Below are positions 51,184-62,850 of a stretch of 64,000 nt of DNA, piece after piece (positions within the stretch are counted from its first letter, which is position 1; the number at the start of each line of letters is the position of its first letter). The stretch comes from Syncephalis fuscata S228 (Eukaryota > Fungi > Zoopagomycota). The notes below the pieces were generated by a model. That model was not told where the DNA came from, did not search any database, and saw only the letters and a list, made by a program, of their open reading frames with translations. Where the stretch lies: contig JAHLTZ010000045.1 in assembly GCA_025786725.1 (NCBI GenBank), positions 87,724 to 151,723 of the forward strand. Reading direction: 5' to 3'. A program made the position numbers and the translations under genes.

Positions 51184-53565
51184 GGGAAATTTTGGAAAAT
51201 ACACCGTTTAGCAGTTTTAATTACAGAAATACTCTTTTTTAAATTCTAAAAAAATTTCCTTTTTTTTTGTTTTATAAAATAAATACACTGCTTTTCACTT
51301 TTATTTAGAAAAATACATTGTTTTAAACTTTATTGTAATAAATTATTTTTTAAGTTTATTAAATAAATTTAATAAATAAAAATAAATCGTTCTTTGCTTT
51401 TATCTATCGAGATACGCCGTTTTGAAAAGCCTATCGCAATGTCTACCAAACTATTTAAAAAAGCTATATTTAACAGTATTGCAAAACTGAGGATTGCTGT
51501 TGACGGGTTTAAGCTTGTTAACGGTTGCAATTTAAGAGGAAAAATAGCGATTCAACAAGATTACAGCTTATTTATCCTCATGAAGACCATTTTAGCAACA
51601 AATGTCAGTTTGTTTTGACTGCCAGAAAGCAGAAAACTGGCTTAGTAAAGATTGCTCAATGCAATCTTGAGCATTTTAATGACTGTCCATATAACACGGG
51701 TAATGGTACTATTAAGTCTATTGCTAAATATATTACAAGTGGTGTCGCTATATTCTTAAATGTAAAATTAACAGATGTACAAATAAAAGTATCAAAGTAT
51801 GTACATATTTGATTATTTAATATACACTAACAGCTGTAATAGTTCAACAAAAGTTGATATTTCTTATTACAAAGCTTGGTCCGCCCTTAATTCGATGAAA
51901 AAGAATGATATTGCTGTTAATATCATTCTTTTTCATTTATTAAAGATTACCTTATCAAATTTGAACATTTTAATCCGGGTTCTGTTCAGCACTTCTCGCA
52001 GAACCAGTCCGGTAACTTTGAAAGGGCATTTTTATGTCCTTCATCATATATTAAAGCTTACCACTATACTCGTAAAGTACTGGTAATTGATGGCTGCCAT
52101 CTAAGATCTTCTTATGGCGGTGTTGCTCTTACTGCAGTTGTTAAAGATGGAAATAACAATATTTTCCCTTTGGCTGTTGCCATAGTGTCTCATGAAAATG
52201 AAAACAATTGGGTTTATTTTCTTAAACATCTATCAGATTCAATACCTGAATTAAGAGAAAAAATCAAGTCATTATTAGCGACAGAGATAAAGGAATAGAG
52301 TCTTCGATAAGGACTGTATTTCCCTTGGCACACCACTCTGCATGTGTTGCTCATATTGAAAGAAACATCAATGCTGAATTTAAAACAAAGCTTAATGGTT
52401 TAATATGGAAAGCTGCAAAAGCTTTAACTAGTAAAGAATTTGATGGTATTTATATTTATTTAAATTACATTCAAAGTACTAATTTATTTTTTAGATTCAA
52501 TGAAAGTGATACGGTCATTAAATGAGCCAGCTTATAACAAGCTAATAGACTCAGCAAAAAACTGGGCTAGATCATCTTTTAAATGGCCAAGATTTGGTTG
52601 CGTTACTTCAAATTCATCAGAGTCATTGAACTCATGGATGAACGACCTTCGGAACAAATCCCATTATCAATTTTTTACTGAATTTGTCGCCAAAGTTGGA
52701 ACTTTGTTGAATAAGCGTATAATTAAGTATTCACAAGCTCAAGGATTGTTAACTAATAATAGCTATTTGTTGTATAAATCACCATTAACTGACGCCAATA
52801 ATTATATAATTGACGATTATTCTGATACCAAATTTCAAGTTAAAGATACCAAGTCTGGTATTGTCAGAACAGTAGATTTAACTGAAAAACCTGCACATGT
52901 GGATACTGGGAAGAGATGAAGTTTGTTTGTAGTCATGTGGCAATAATTTTGAAGAATTTAAGCTCTTATTAGATGATTTTATTGATAAATCTTACACCGT
53001 TAATTATCTAAAAAAGTATATGCTCTAGAAATTTGTCCGGTTGAAATGGAATCAATTACCGCAGACATTTCGTGTTTGCCACTGACAATAACGAAGAAAG
53101 CCAGTAGACCAAAAGTTAAAAGAATTAGATCTTGTGGTGAAGCTTTGGAAGCCTCTCAGCAATATGCTTGTCGCAATTGTAGCTCAAAGGACACAATACA
53201 AGAACATGCACTGTAAACACTAGCATTAGTAACGTTGAAACAAACATCTTTATTGAGGAACAAATACAAACTACTAGTGAAACGGCTATCAAAAAAAGAA
53301 AGCGTGTTATTAAAGAATGTTTAATTTGTGGTGAACGCCATTACAAGAAAACGAAGTGTGGGGTAAATAAAAAATAATTTTATTTATTAAATTTATTTAA
53401 TAAACTTAAAAAAATAATTTATTATGGTAAAGTTTTTTTGTAATTAAAAGTGAAAAGCGGTGTATTTATTTTATAAAACAAGAAAAAAAAGGAATTTTTT
53501 TTAGAATTTAAAAAAAGTATTTTTGTAATTAAAACTGAGAAACGGTGTATTTTCCAAAATTGCCC
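51184..53565 (+). mobile_element. Mutator-like (MULE/MuDR) DNA transposon with ~200-bp TIRs
   Basis: GGGAAATTTTGGAAAATACACCG... at 51184 and ...CGGTGTATTTTCCAAAATTGCCC at 53565; AT-rich arms extend ~200 bp. Confidence 0.92.
51439..53377 (+). pseudogene. MULE transposase (DDE, SWIM, zinc knuckle), frameshifted, with introns
   Basis: VLVIDGCHL..YGGVALTAVVKDGNNNIFPLAVAIV..ENENNW.YFL, ISDRDKGI, HSACVAHI, TSNSSESLN, CTCGYW....VCSH, CRNC...HN.RTC. Confidence 0.9.
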
Positions 53566-53712
53566 TAAATATTAATAAAATATAATAACATTGTCATTTT
53601 AATACTTGTTAATTAAGTTAAATAAAACATATCATCATATAAAATATTGTGTGCTATTTAAAATTATTATACAATTTAATTGAATTTATTAGCCATTTAG
53701 TATGATTTGTGG

Positions 53713-56700
53713 TTAAATGAACAGTGTCAATGTCGCTGTATTAGATGTAATTGCAATATGTTTATTTTTTATTTAATTAATAACTAAATAAAATATATGG
53801 TAACATATTGTTATTATTCTGCTTGGAGTAAGTAATAAGCAATACCACTAACATTGCACTAATTTTGAATGACCTATAATAAAGCTTGTTAGTATTTGAT
53901 AATGCTTACGTTATGTTTGGTTGAAATGGAGTTTGGGTTCATATCTTTTATTTCCAAAAAAATATGAAGCTTAAAGTAAAATCGTCCCGAAATGTGATTT
54001 AAGAGCATTTTGTGTATTTTTTGTTATTAGTATTATTGTTAAACTTGTAACGTTATGCAATTGTTTTAATTGCTTGAATCAATAACTTGTGAGTGTGTTA
54101 GGGGAGTCGTGGCGGCGTAAACAGCCAACACGCCTTTCCTTAGGAGGAAAATGTTGGTTTGCCTATTTTGAATTGCGTTTTCAGGAAATGCGTGATGGAA
54201 TCCTTTTGTAAGAGAAACGGTCGATATTCCAACACGTGAGAAAAGCCACCGACAGTTTCTGTTGCAGATGGCAAGTTCTGCGTTGCACGCGGATAGGTTT
54301 CAAAATGAGCCGTCTATTCTTCTATGGGTGGCAGGCAAATGCTGCAAATGCGCGGTTAGTTCTTACGGACCGTTGCCTCACTCAAGCTAGTAAAAATCAG
54401 ATCAAAGTCAAGGGATTACAAAAATGAGGCAAATAGATCATTAGCTCAAATGACAACTAAAAATAGCTACAATATATCTATGAAACGACAATGCATATTT
54501 GTGTTTCATAATTACACCAATCATACTTGGTAAGGTACAAATTTTAAATAGCCAAACGTAAATAGCATATGTAGAATAATCTACTATACAAACCACTAAC
54601 ATAAAGATATAATTACTTACTGATTGCACTGCATTTTATAAATCAGCTAATTATATATTTAAAGCGCATTGATTATTATAAATGTAATAAATTGATATTT
54701 AAAATCATTTGTATTTATTCTGTTATTTATGTAAAACAACGTAATTATTGCCAGTTTTAAAAAGCAAAGCCAAACTTAATGGTTTGGAATGTAATTGCTT
54801 TTACATCAACACAGCCACTAATTATTGAATTAAGCAATTAAAGAAATTATATAGTGCTACAAGTTAAAAATAGTTTATGACAAAATCATACACAGGATAA
54901 CCCTACATTACATTTTTATAATTGCATAATATAAAATGGTACGTGTATTCTCAGTGTTTCAAACGATAACCAACTAGTCCTTTGCATGGGATCATAAACA
55001 GGTAATTGTTACAGAAATACCAGCTACATTTGAGAACTTTTACATATTACAAACCGATTGCTTACCCAGTATCTTATTTAAATAAAGCAATGATTTTTAA
55101 TTTGTAAAGCAACAACTCACTACCAACTATTATTAGGATTACTGATTAATTTATATTTTCGTATCTCTAATACTCCTTTAAAACTTACAATGCATTTATC
55201 ACTTCATAAGCTACTTTTTGTGCTGGCACTAGCAATCAAATTGGATTTGCCTACTACAAGTAGTTTTAGAACTCAAATATATGTTTATTGTAATTACTAA
55301 TATGTACCGAATACTGGATAATTTTGGTAAAAACAACGGCTTAATTCCCGCAGAAGCTAACCCGCTTGATCTTGGCAATTCGGCTCAACCCGTCGTAGCA
55401 AAAACTCCTGACACCGGTAACAAGGCTTCACCCGTCCCGAAGTCGGTAATCCCACCCGAACCCGCCAAGTCAAGCCAAACTGCATCGGCAAAAAACACAC
55501 CTTCAAAGTCAGGTCAGGCCGATTGGAAATATCCTATTGTACGTCGTGACCAGTCTGTTGTCGAGACCATTCATGGCCATAAGATTGCCGATCCATACCG
55601 ATGGCTGGAAGATACTAAAAGCAATGAAACTAAGGTTAGATTTAGTCTAATCAGCTTTTAATAAAGCTAACAAATAACTAGGCATTTGTCAAGGACCAGA
55701 ACAAACTGACAGACTCTTATTTAAGCCGAAATAGCCAGCGCGATGCTTATACAAGCGCGTAGGTAGCATTAAATGTATTAACAAAATAGCTACTAATTAT
55801 TTGTTGCAGCGTTAGAGTTACTGAACTATCTAGCAGGGACTGGATGAGCGCTCCAGTGAAAGCTGGCAATTATTACTTTACTTTTTATCAATCTAATTCA
55901 GATAATCTGAGTATTTTGTATAAGCAGAAGTCATTGAATGCTGAAAAGACGGTTTTCCTTGATCCAAACCAATGGGACAAAAATAATCCTGTCACCCTCA
56001 ATCGAGATCTATTTTCTAATTCTGGAAAATATTTTGGTTATATTATTAGGAAAAGCGGCAACGACTGGGGCACCATACGCGTACGTTGTGTTGAAGACAG
56101 CCCACATTGCAAGGCTGGCCAGGATGCAACTGATGAAGTCAAGTGGCTTAAGCTCTTTGATATTGCCTGGTCCCACGATGAACTCGGCTTCTTTTACACA
56201 GTAAGTTATAGCTATTATTCACATTGTTTATATTTATTTATTTATTTACAATTGATTAGCGTTATCCAGAACCAAGTGGCGGCGACAAAGCTGCTAACAC
56301 CAAAACAAGCAGCAGAGAGAATGCTAAAGTTTACTACCATCGTCTTGGTACGCAACAGTCGAGCGATCAACTAATCGTTGAATATCCTGAAGCTCCTACA
56401 TATAATACATTTGCTTTGACAAGCGATGATGGCCGCTGGCTAGTAATAAGAGTTACTGATAATAAACGTAACGAAGATGTATGGATGGCTCGTATGGGTA
56501 AAGATGGAAGTGTACCAAAAAATATTACATTCAACAAGATAGCAAATGATATGAATGGCTATCATAATTAGTAGGTGACAATATACATATAGTTAATTTA
56601 GCTAAATCAATTTTATAGCATTACCAATGTTGGGGATCGCTTTTATTTCTATTCCGACAAGAATGCTCCTCGTTCTAAAGTTATTACATATGACATGGCA

Positions 56701-58584
56701 GCTCCAAAAAGGGATTCATCGATTTGATTCCTCAGCATGAAAAAGACATTTTAAATGATGCATATCCTGTAGGAGGCGATTATCTCTTGCTTAACTATAT
56801 GAAAGATGCAAAAAATGTTTTATCGATCCATCAGCTTAGCACTGGCAAAAAAATCCGTGATATACCATTGCCTATGGGCTCAGTGAAAGATATTTACACA
56901 CTTTAGACATACCGAAGTATTCTTTTCAGTGCAATCTTTTTTGAGTCGAGGTACCATTTACCGTTATGATGCTAAATCAAATACACTATCTGTGGTAAAT
57001 GAATTGAAAACGCCTGGATTCAATCCCGAGGAATTTGAAACACGCCAGGTATTCGTTAAAAGCAAGGACAACGTAGAGTTTCCTATGTTTATTACAGCAC
57101 GCAAAGGAATTTCACTCGACAAAAGTCACCCAACCATCTTATTTAGTGACGGCAGTTCCTCTCAATCACAAAAACCACAATTCAATACGCTATGGGGTGT
57201 TTTCCTCAAACATTTCAATGGTATTGTGGCTGTCGCTAACATACGCGGTGGCGGCGAATATGGCTCCGAGTGGCGTAAAGATGGTATGTTACAAAAGAAG
57301 CAAAACACTTTTGACGACTTCCAAAGTGCTGCCAAATATCTTTCTGAGCAAGGCTACACCAAACCGTCATTGCTAACACTTCAAGGTGACGGACTGGCGG
57401 CTTACTAGTTACCACTGCTGCTAATCAGGCGCCCGAATTGTTGGATGCGGTCTAGCCAATTATGGTCTTACGGATATGCTACGATTTTATAAGTTTCCTT
57501 TTGGAAGTGCCTGGACAACGAGATTGGCAATCCTGATGTTAAAAGTGATTTTGAATATTTATTACGGTATTCTCCATTACACAATGTCAATGCCAACAAA
57601 ACTTATCCAGCACTGCTTTTAAACACACCAGATCAATTGGACTTTATAGCAACATTGCATTCATACAAGTTAGCTGCTGAGCTTCAATATAAACTACCAA
57701 AGAATCCCAATCCATTGATGCTTCGTATTATTGAAAACTATGAAGCTAATGGACTATCAATAGCGGGTTCGATTGCTCAATCTGTGGATAAGCTTTCATT
57801 TCCATTAGCGGTTCAGGTTGCTCAAACTGTGGATAAGCTTTCATTTATGGCAATATCTCTTAATCTAAAGTGGCATAATTAGGTAATAATTAAATGGTTA
57901 TTAAAATTAATAAACACCGTTTAAATATAGCTGCTTATTATTTGATTAATAAGATGAAACTATTACAACGCAGATACAAGTGTATCATATTAAATTATAC
58001 TAAAATTGTATTGTTTTTTAAATGTTATAGCATCCATTGTTACTATTTCGAATATTTAATTATTTGGTGTTAAAGCTTAGTTATATCGATTACCAATTGG
58101 CAATCCGAATTAATTACTACTACTATTATCATATGATTTGCATCACATTATCAATACGCATGATTAGCTTGCAAATAAACATCCGGTCCTGCTGATTTCA
58201 AGTAACAATTTCAATTGATATTCTTACCAACAACTTAGGCCTTCTGTAAAATAATTGTTAATTGTTATCAACTATGTAACTTATTGCAAAGATATTATTT
58301 ACCTTAATAAATAGAATAATACTCATACTAATTGCTAAAAGAAAGAACAAATTATAAGTCTAAATTCTTTTTAAAATCCATTTATTATAAAATATAATTA
58401 CTATCTACTATTTTTATTATAGGTCATTCAAAATTAGTGCAATGTTAGTGGTATTGCTTATTACTTACTCCAAGCAGAATAATAACAATATGTTACCATA
58501 TATCTTATTTAGTTTATTAATTAAATAAAAGATAAACATATTGCAATTAATCTAATACAGCGACATTGACACTGTTCATTTTAA
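53713..58584. repeat. ~170-bp inverted repeats (53713-53884 / 58412-58584) enclosing the peptidase-like gene
   Basis: ATGAACAGTGTCAATGTCGCTGTATTAGA...GAATGACCTATAATAA is matched in reverse complement with few mismatches. Confidence 0.85.
55190..57882 (+). CDS. Secreted prolyl oligopeptidase (S9A) homologue, probably catalytically inactive; multi-exon with frameshifts
   Basis: Hydrophobic N-terminus MHLSLHKLLFVLALAI; YPIVRRD...HGHKIADPYRWLED, VFLDPN, SKDNVEFPMFI, ANIRGGGEYGSEW, KQNTFDDFQSAAKYL, YSPLHNV, HSYKLAAELQ. Confidence 0.88.
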
Positions 58585-58669
58585 CAATACTATCAAAATG
58601 TTTATTAAATATTTACTGTGATTTAAGGATCAAATGATTAAACTTATACTATTTACGCAGTTGAACTAC

Positions 58670-59455
58670 ACATTTAATTTATTGAAGATGGAGACGAGTG
58701 GTAAATTTCATTAATCATCAAATCATCACATTTATTGTGATCGGTGGTCAAATGACTAAATCTAACAATATCCAATCTATTGAACATGATGATGAGTGGT
58801 GAATGGCATTAAATATCAAATACTTATCATTGTGGATTTATTATCCAGTACGCATATATCCACCGTTTACCTATACCGTTAACAATGTATGTCTAGAATG
58901 TTATATATTGTTTTATGCTATACTGAAAATTGACATATTGTTATAAGTTTCAATTACATATAGCTTGTTAAATGAATGAGTTGAGATTTATTAACAATAA
59001 AGCTAGAACGAACATAAAAACAGATTTGGATAGAGGGAGTCTAGACAATTATAGAATAATATATAGAATAATAAATATACGATAAGAAAGTATATAAAAT
59101 AATGTTAAAGCTATAGTGCATATAGTATAATGAGAGGAATGAGTGGAGTGCATTGGAACATATAAACAATAGAATGTGTCCAGTATAACATAAAATCATA
59201 TATAATAATGTAAAATAGAGTGGGAATGATATAGGTAAATGGTGGATATATGCATACTGGATAATAAATCTACGATGATGAGTATTTGATGATTGATGTC
59301 ATTCACCACCCACCATCATGTTCAATAGAAAAAATATTTAGCTCAATTACGCAAATGTTATTAAATTTAGTCATTTGACTACCAAGTCATACTATAATGT
59401 GATAATTTAATCATTAATATTTTTCACCACTTGTTCCATGTTCAATAAAATAAAT
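58670..59455. mobile_element. Foldback/MITE-like element with ~200-bp imperfect inverted arms
   Basis: GATTTATTATCCAGTACGCATATATCCACCGTTTACCTATA (58835-58875) vs TATAGGTAAATGGTGGATATATGCATACTGGATAATAAATC (59230-59270). The arms extend outward through GGTCAAATGACTAAAT / ATTTAGTCATTTGAC. Confidence 0.7.
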
Positions 59456-59795
59456 ATTAGTTCAATGTAATCACTCCGACCCCCAATCATACTAAATGCT
59501 AATAAAATAATAATAATACTTGTTATAATTAACTTAAAGAATAAGTTTATAATTACTTTAATTACTTTGTTGTAGAGAATAGATATTGGTTGAATTGTAT
59601 TCAAATCATTAACAGCATTCAATAGCTGAGCAGTGTAGACTTTAATATTACTCATGTAATCATTAGCATGACAATAAACGATACACATTATTATTTTTTA
59701 CATTACAGCTTTACATATAATAAATAGAACTTTTATTTAAACTAACACTACTCAATTGTGCAAACTTCACTAACAACATAATATTATTAAATTTG

Positions 59796-61197
59796 CTAAC
59801 AGCATCCATAAGTACGATGTGATTTACCACTTAAACGTACTAGACAATAATAAATTAATTAATATAATCTTCATTGCATCAATTAGCTATTTACCTGTGG
59901 ATGTATTATCCATTTTTTTGTTTTGATTGGCCACTTGAGCCCAGTCTTCAGCTATTGCTATTTCAATAATTAGAACTTTTAATTGTATAAAAAATTACAA
60001 TTATATTTGACTTACCTTGAAACATAGCAGCAACGCCAGCACCTGTTCGATTCGAAATCTCAAATCGATTTGTCGCTTCTATTTCACTAGCTATTTGTTC
60101 AACCATTTGTGCGGTGATTGAACGCGGCAATAGCTTTTTGTTGTATTTAGATTGTTGTATAGTAGAATATTGTGCTATAGTAGTGCTGTTATAATAATCG
60201 TTCTTTTCTTCTTCTTCTTCACTGTCATATATAGTATCAATAAATTTAACAGGAGATGTTTTAGTACTGATCCAGGCTGGTTGAGATGGACATGAACACG
60301 TACGACGTCGTTGCGAAGACTTTATCGGAGATAGCGAAGAAGCAAACGTACCTACGGCTATAGTGCGATAGGATGAAGTGTTGTTATAGCTGGACGGTGT
60401 CGAAGTTAGTACAGTCGTGTTGGTAGTATGGGTTGTTGCCACGGCCAATGTACCACTACTGTTGTTCTGGTGTAGACCAAAAACCGGTAAGTCAATAGCA
60501 AGTGAAACTGCCGACTCTGTTGCCAAGTTGATACCCGAATCACCCCTTGATTTAGCGTAAGATTGATCGACTACACATTCAGTAGATGTATTTAACTGTT
60601 CAAGGGGCAAGTTATTCAAACTTATAGTAGAAGTGTTATCAGTGCCATTACATGACGCATAGTATTCATTATCTTTTTGGCCATATAACTCAGCAGGTGT
60701 TAAAAACGAAAATGGCCTTGTGCCTTGCCGCTGTCTTTTGCCCAGCGTTGATTCAACAGCTGTGATGAGAGGGGCCACTAAATCGGCCTTAACACCACAA
60801 AGAAAAAGCCGACAACTGGGCTCACATTGTCGTAATTCGTTGGCCCATCGGCGACAGCGATCCAACGACTCGGGATCTGTAAGACTGTAGCATAGAATGG
60901 CCGCTGACGCCGCACGATAATACATTTTTGTCATACCCGCATATCTTTCTGAGCCTGCTGTATCCCAAATACCCATAAGGTGGTGCTTTCGATTGCCTGC
61001 TACAAGTACATGCTTACGGCCAAATGCTGCACCAACCGTCTATAACGATAAGGTCAGTTATTGTAATCAAGCAAATGCCCACTTACCGCATGACATCCTG
61101 CTTCAGTAAAACGATCGTAAACGTATCGTTCAAGCAGCGAGGATTTACCCACACCTGCGGCCCCCAATAATACAACTTTTAAATCCACTCGATTCAT
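59796..61197 (-). CDS. RAB24: Rab24-like small GTPase with large internal insertion, multi-exon
   Basis: MNRVDLKVVLLGAAGVGKSSL.ERYVYDRF, TVGAAF, GIWDTAGSERY (Rab24-specific Ser), MYYR, LCGVKADL, C-terminal GCC*. Confidence 0.82.
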
Positions 61198-61584
61198 AGA
61201 AAACGCAGTATAGTTTTTTAATGTTAATAACGGTGAATACTCAAGATGAGTACTAGTATTGGTAGTTGCAGTCAAGTGAATATTTATTCAGGAGAAATAG
61301 AATAGTTACCAAAGATAACTCGTAATGATAACTCAGACGTATAGGCTAGGCGTTGCTGTTGTTAATGTTACTATTATTATTGCACTGCTGTTGATATGAC
61401 TGCTAATATGACTATTATTATATTAATAGTTATAATTAATATTATGAATACTATTGCTAAAATGTTGCTAGTAGTAAAAAGGGGAAGAAAAGGAATAAAC
61501 GGCTGGTTTAGTTAATGAAACGATATAGATAACCAAAAACTGGCTTTATTAAATTGTCCGACAATCATATGACCCATTCCATGC

Positions 61585-62710
61585 TTAGTTTGATGGTAGT
61601 TCTCCGCAATCTTGAATCTCTACAACTTTCTATTGGGTTTAACACATAGTTGATTTAGCTATTGACAAAAATGGTTTGATGTTCAGGTGGTTTTCTTACC
61701 GTTGTGGTACCATCCAAACTGCCAGCCTTTTCCATTTCCTTTAAGACCTCCAAACCTTCAGATACTTGACCAAACACTAGACCGATGTAATAGTTAGTAG
61801 ATATATACTTTTATCCATTTACTCCATCCTACCAACGTGGTGGCCATCCAGCCATGGCGTGGACTTGAACGTGATAAAGAATTGGCTGCCGTTTGTATTC
61901 TATAATGATAGACTTGGTTAATAATCCAACAGTACATTAATTAACATACCTTGCCCGCATTGGCCATACTCAGAATGCCCTATGAACAAATGATCGTCAA
62001 CATACTACAATCTACGAATCAGTGCATCAATAGTAATCTACCTTATCGGTATGCTTGAGGTTAAAGTTCTCACTAAGTCATTATAGTAAGTAAAATGCTA
62101 ATTATTGTAAATCAACTTACTCAGCAAATTTAGCACCATAAATCGACTCGCCACCACGGCCATCGCCCATGGTGAAATCTAATGGTGTAAAATGTGTTTT
62201 AATTACAAGTAATGGATTTATTAACAATTATTTACCTCCACCTATTTAGATAAAAGCCATTATATACACAATATCGTTAAAATGGGTATATAATAATTAA
62301 TCCGTTATTTAAATCTTTAATCTACCTTGAGCCATAAATTGAGGAATAATACGATGGCTAATTAAATAGTATTAATAGTGTTGCTTTTTGTAATTCATTA
62401 GACGGATCTATTACTTACAATCTGTTGCCCTTGAAATGAAGTGGCTTGCCTGAGACGCCCTTTCCTTTCTCTCCCGTGCTATATTGTTCAAGACAGCGTA
62501 TAAGCAATAGAATAAACGTTTATTTTATTTAATATATACCAGAGGGCTCGGAAGTTTTCTGCGGTCTTTGGTACCGTCTCGTTAAATAGTTTGAATACCA
62601 GACGGCCAGCTATTTGTAATTAGTTACTAAGCCAGTTGCAGTTTAGCATATCTACCTGGTTTGCCAGCAATGGCAATATCAAAAAATACTTTGTTGGCAC
62701 GAGAACTCAT
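61585..62710 (-). CDS. Cyclophilin-type peptidyl-prolyl isomerase, highly fragmented into exons
   Basis: VFFDIAI, VPKTAENFRAL, TGEKG, HRIIPQFMAQGGDFT, GGESIYG, ENFNLKH, LSMANAG, NTNGSQFFIT, WLDGHHV, VFGQV, IQDCGEL. Confidence 0.95.
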
Positions 62711-62850
62711 GTTGTAGCCGTTGTTTGGACAAGAATCAATCAAGTAGTGGCGACAATAGCAGCAATGAAATGTCGTTAAACTGAAAAAGAAAAAGAGCGC
62801 GTTTGATTTAATACATCACACCTATTTTATCGTTGATTTTACGAAGCTAT

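Noticed and set aside
53713-58584. piggyBac assignment for the TTAA-bounded inverted repeats
   Set aside because: The termini lack the CC(C/T) start typical of piggyBac, no transposase is present, and TTAA is common in AT-rich DNA.
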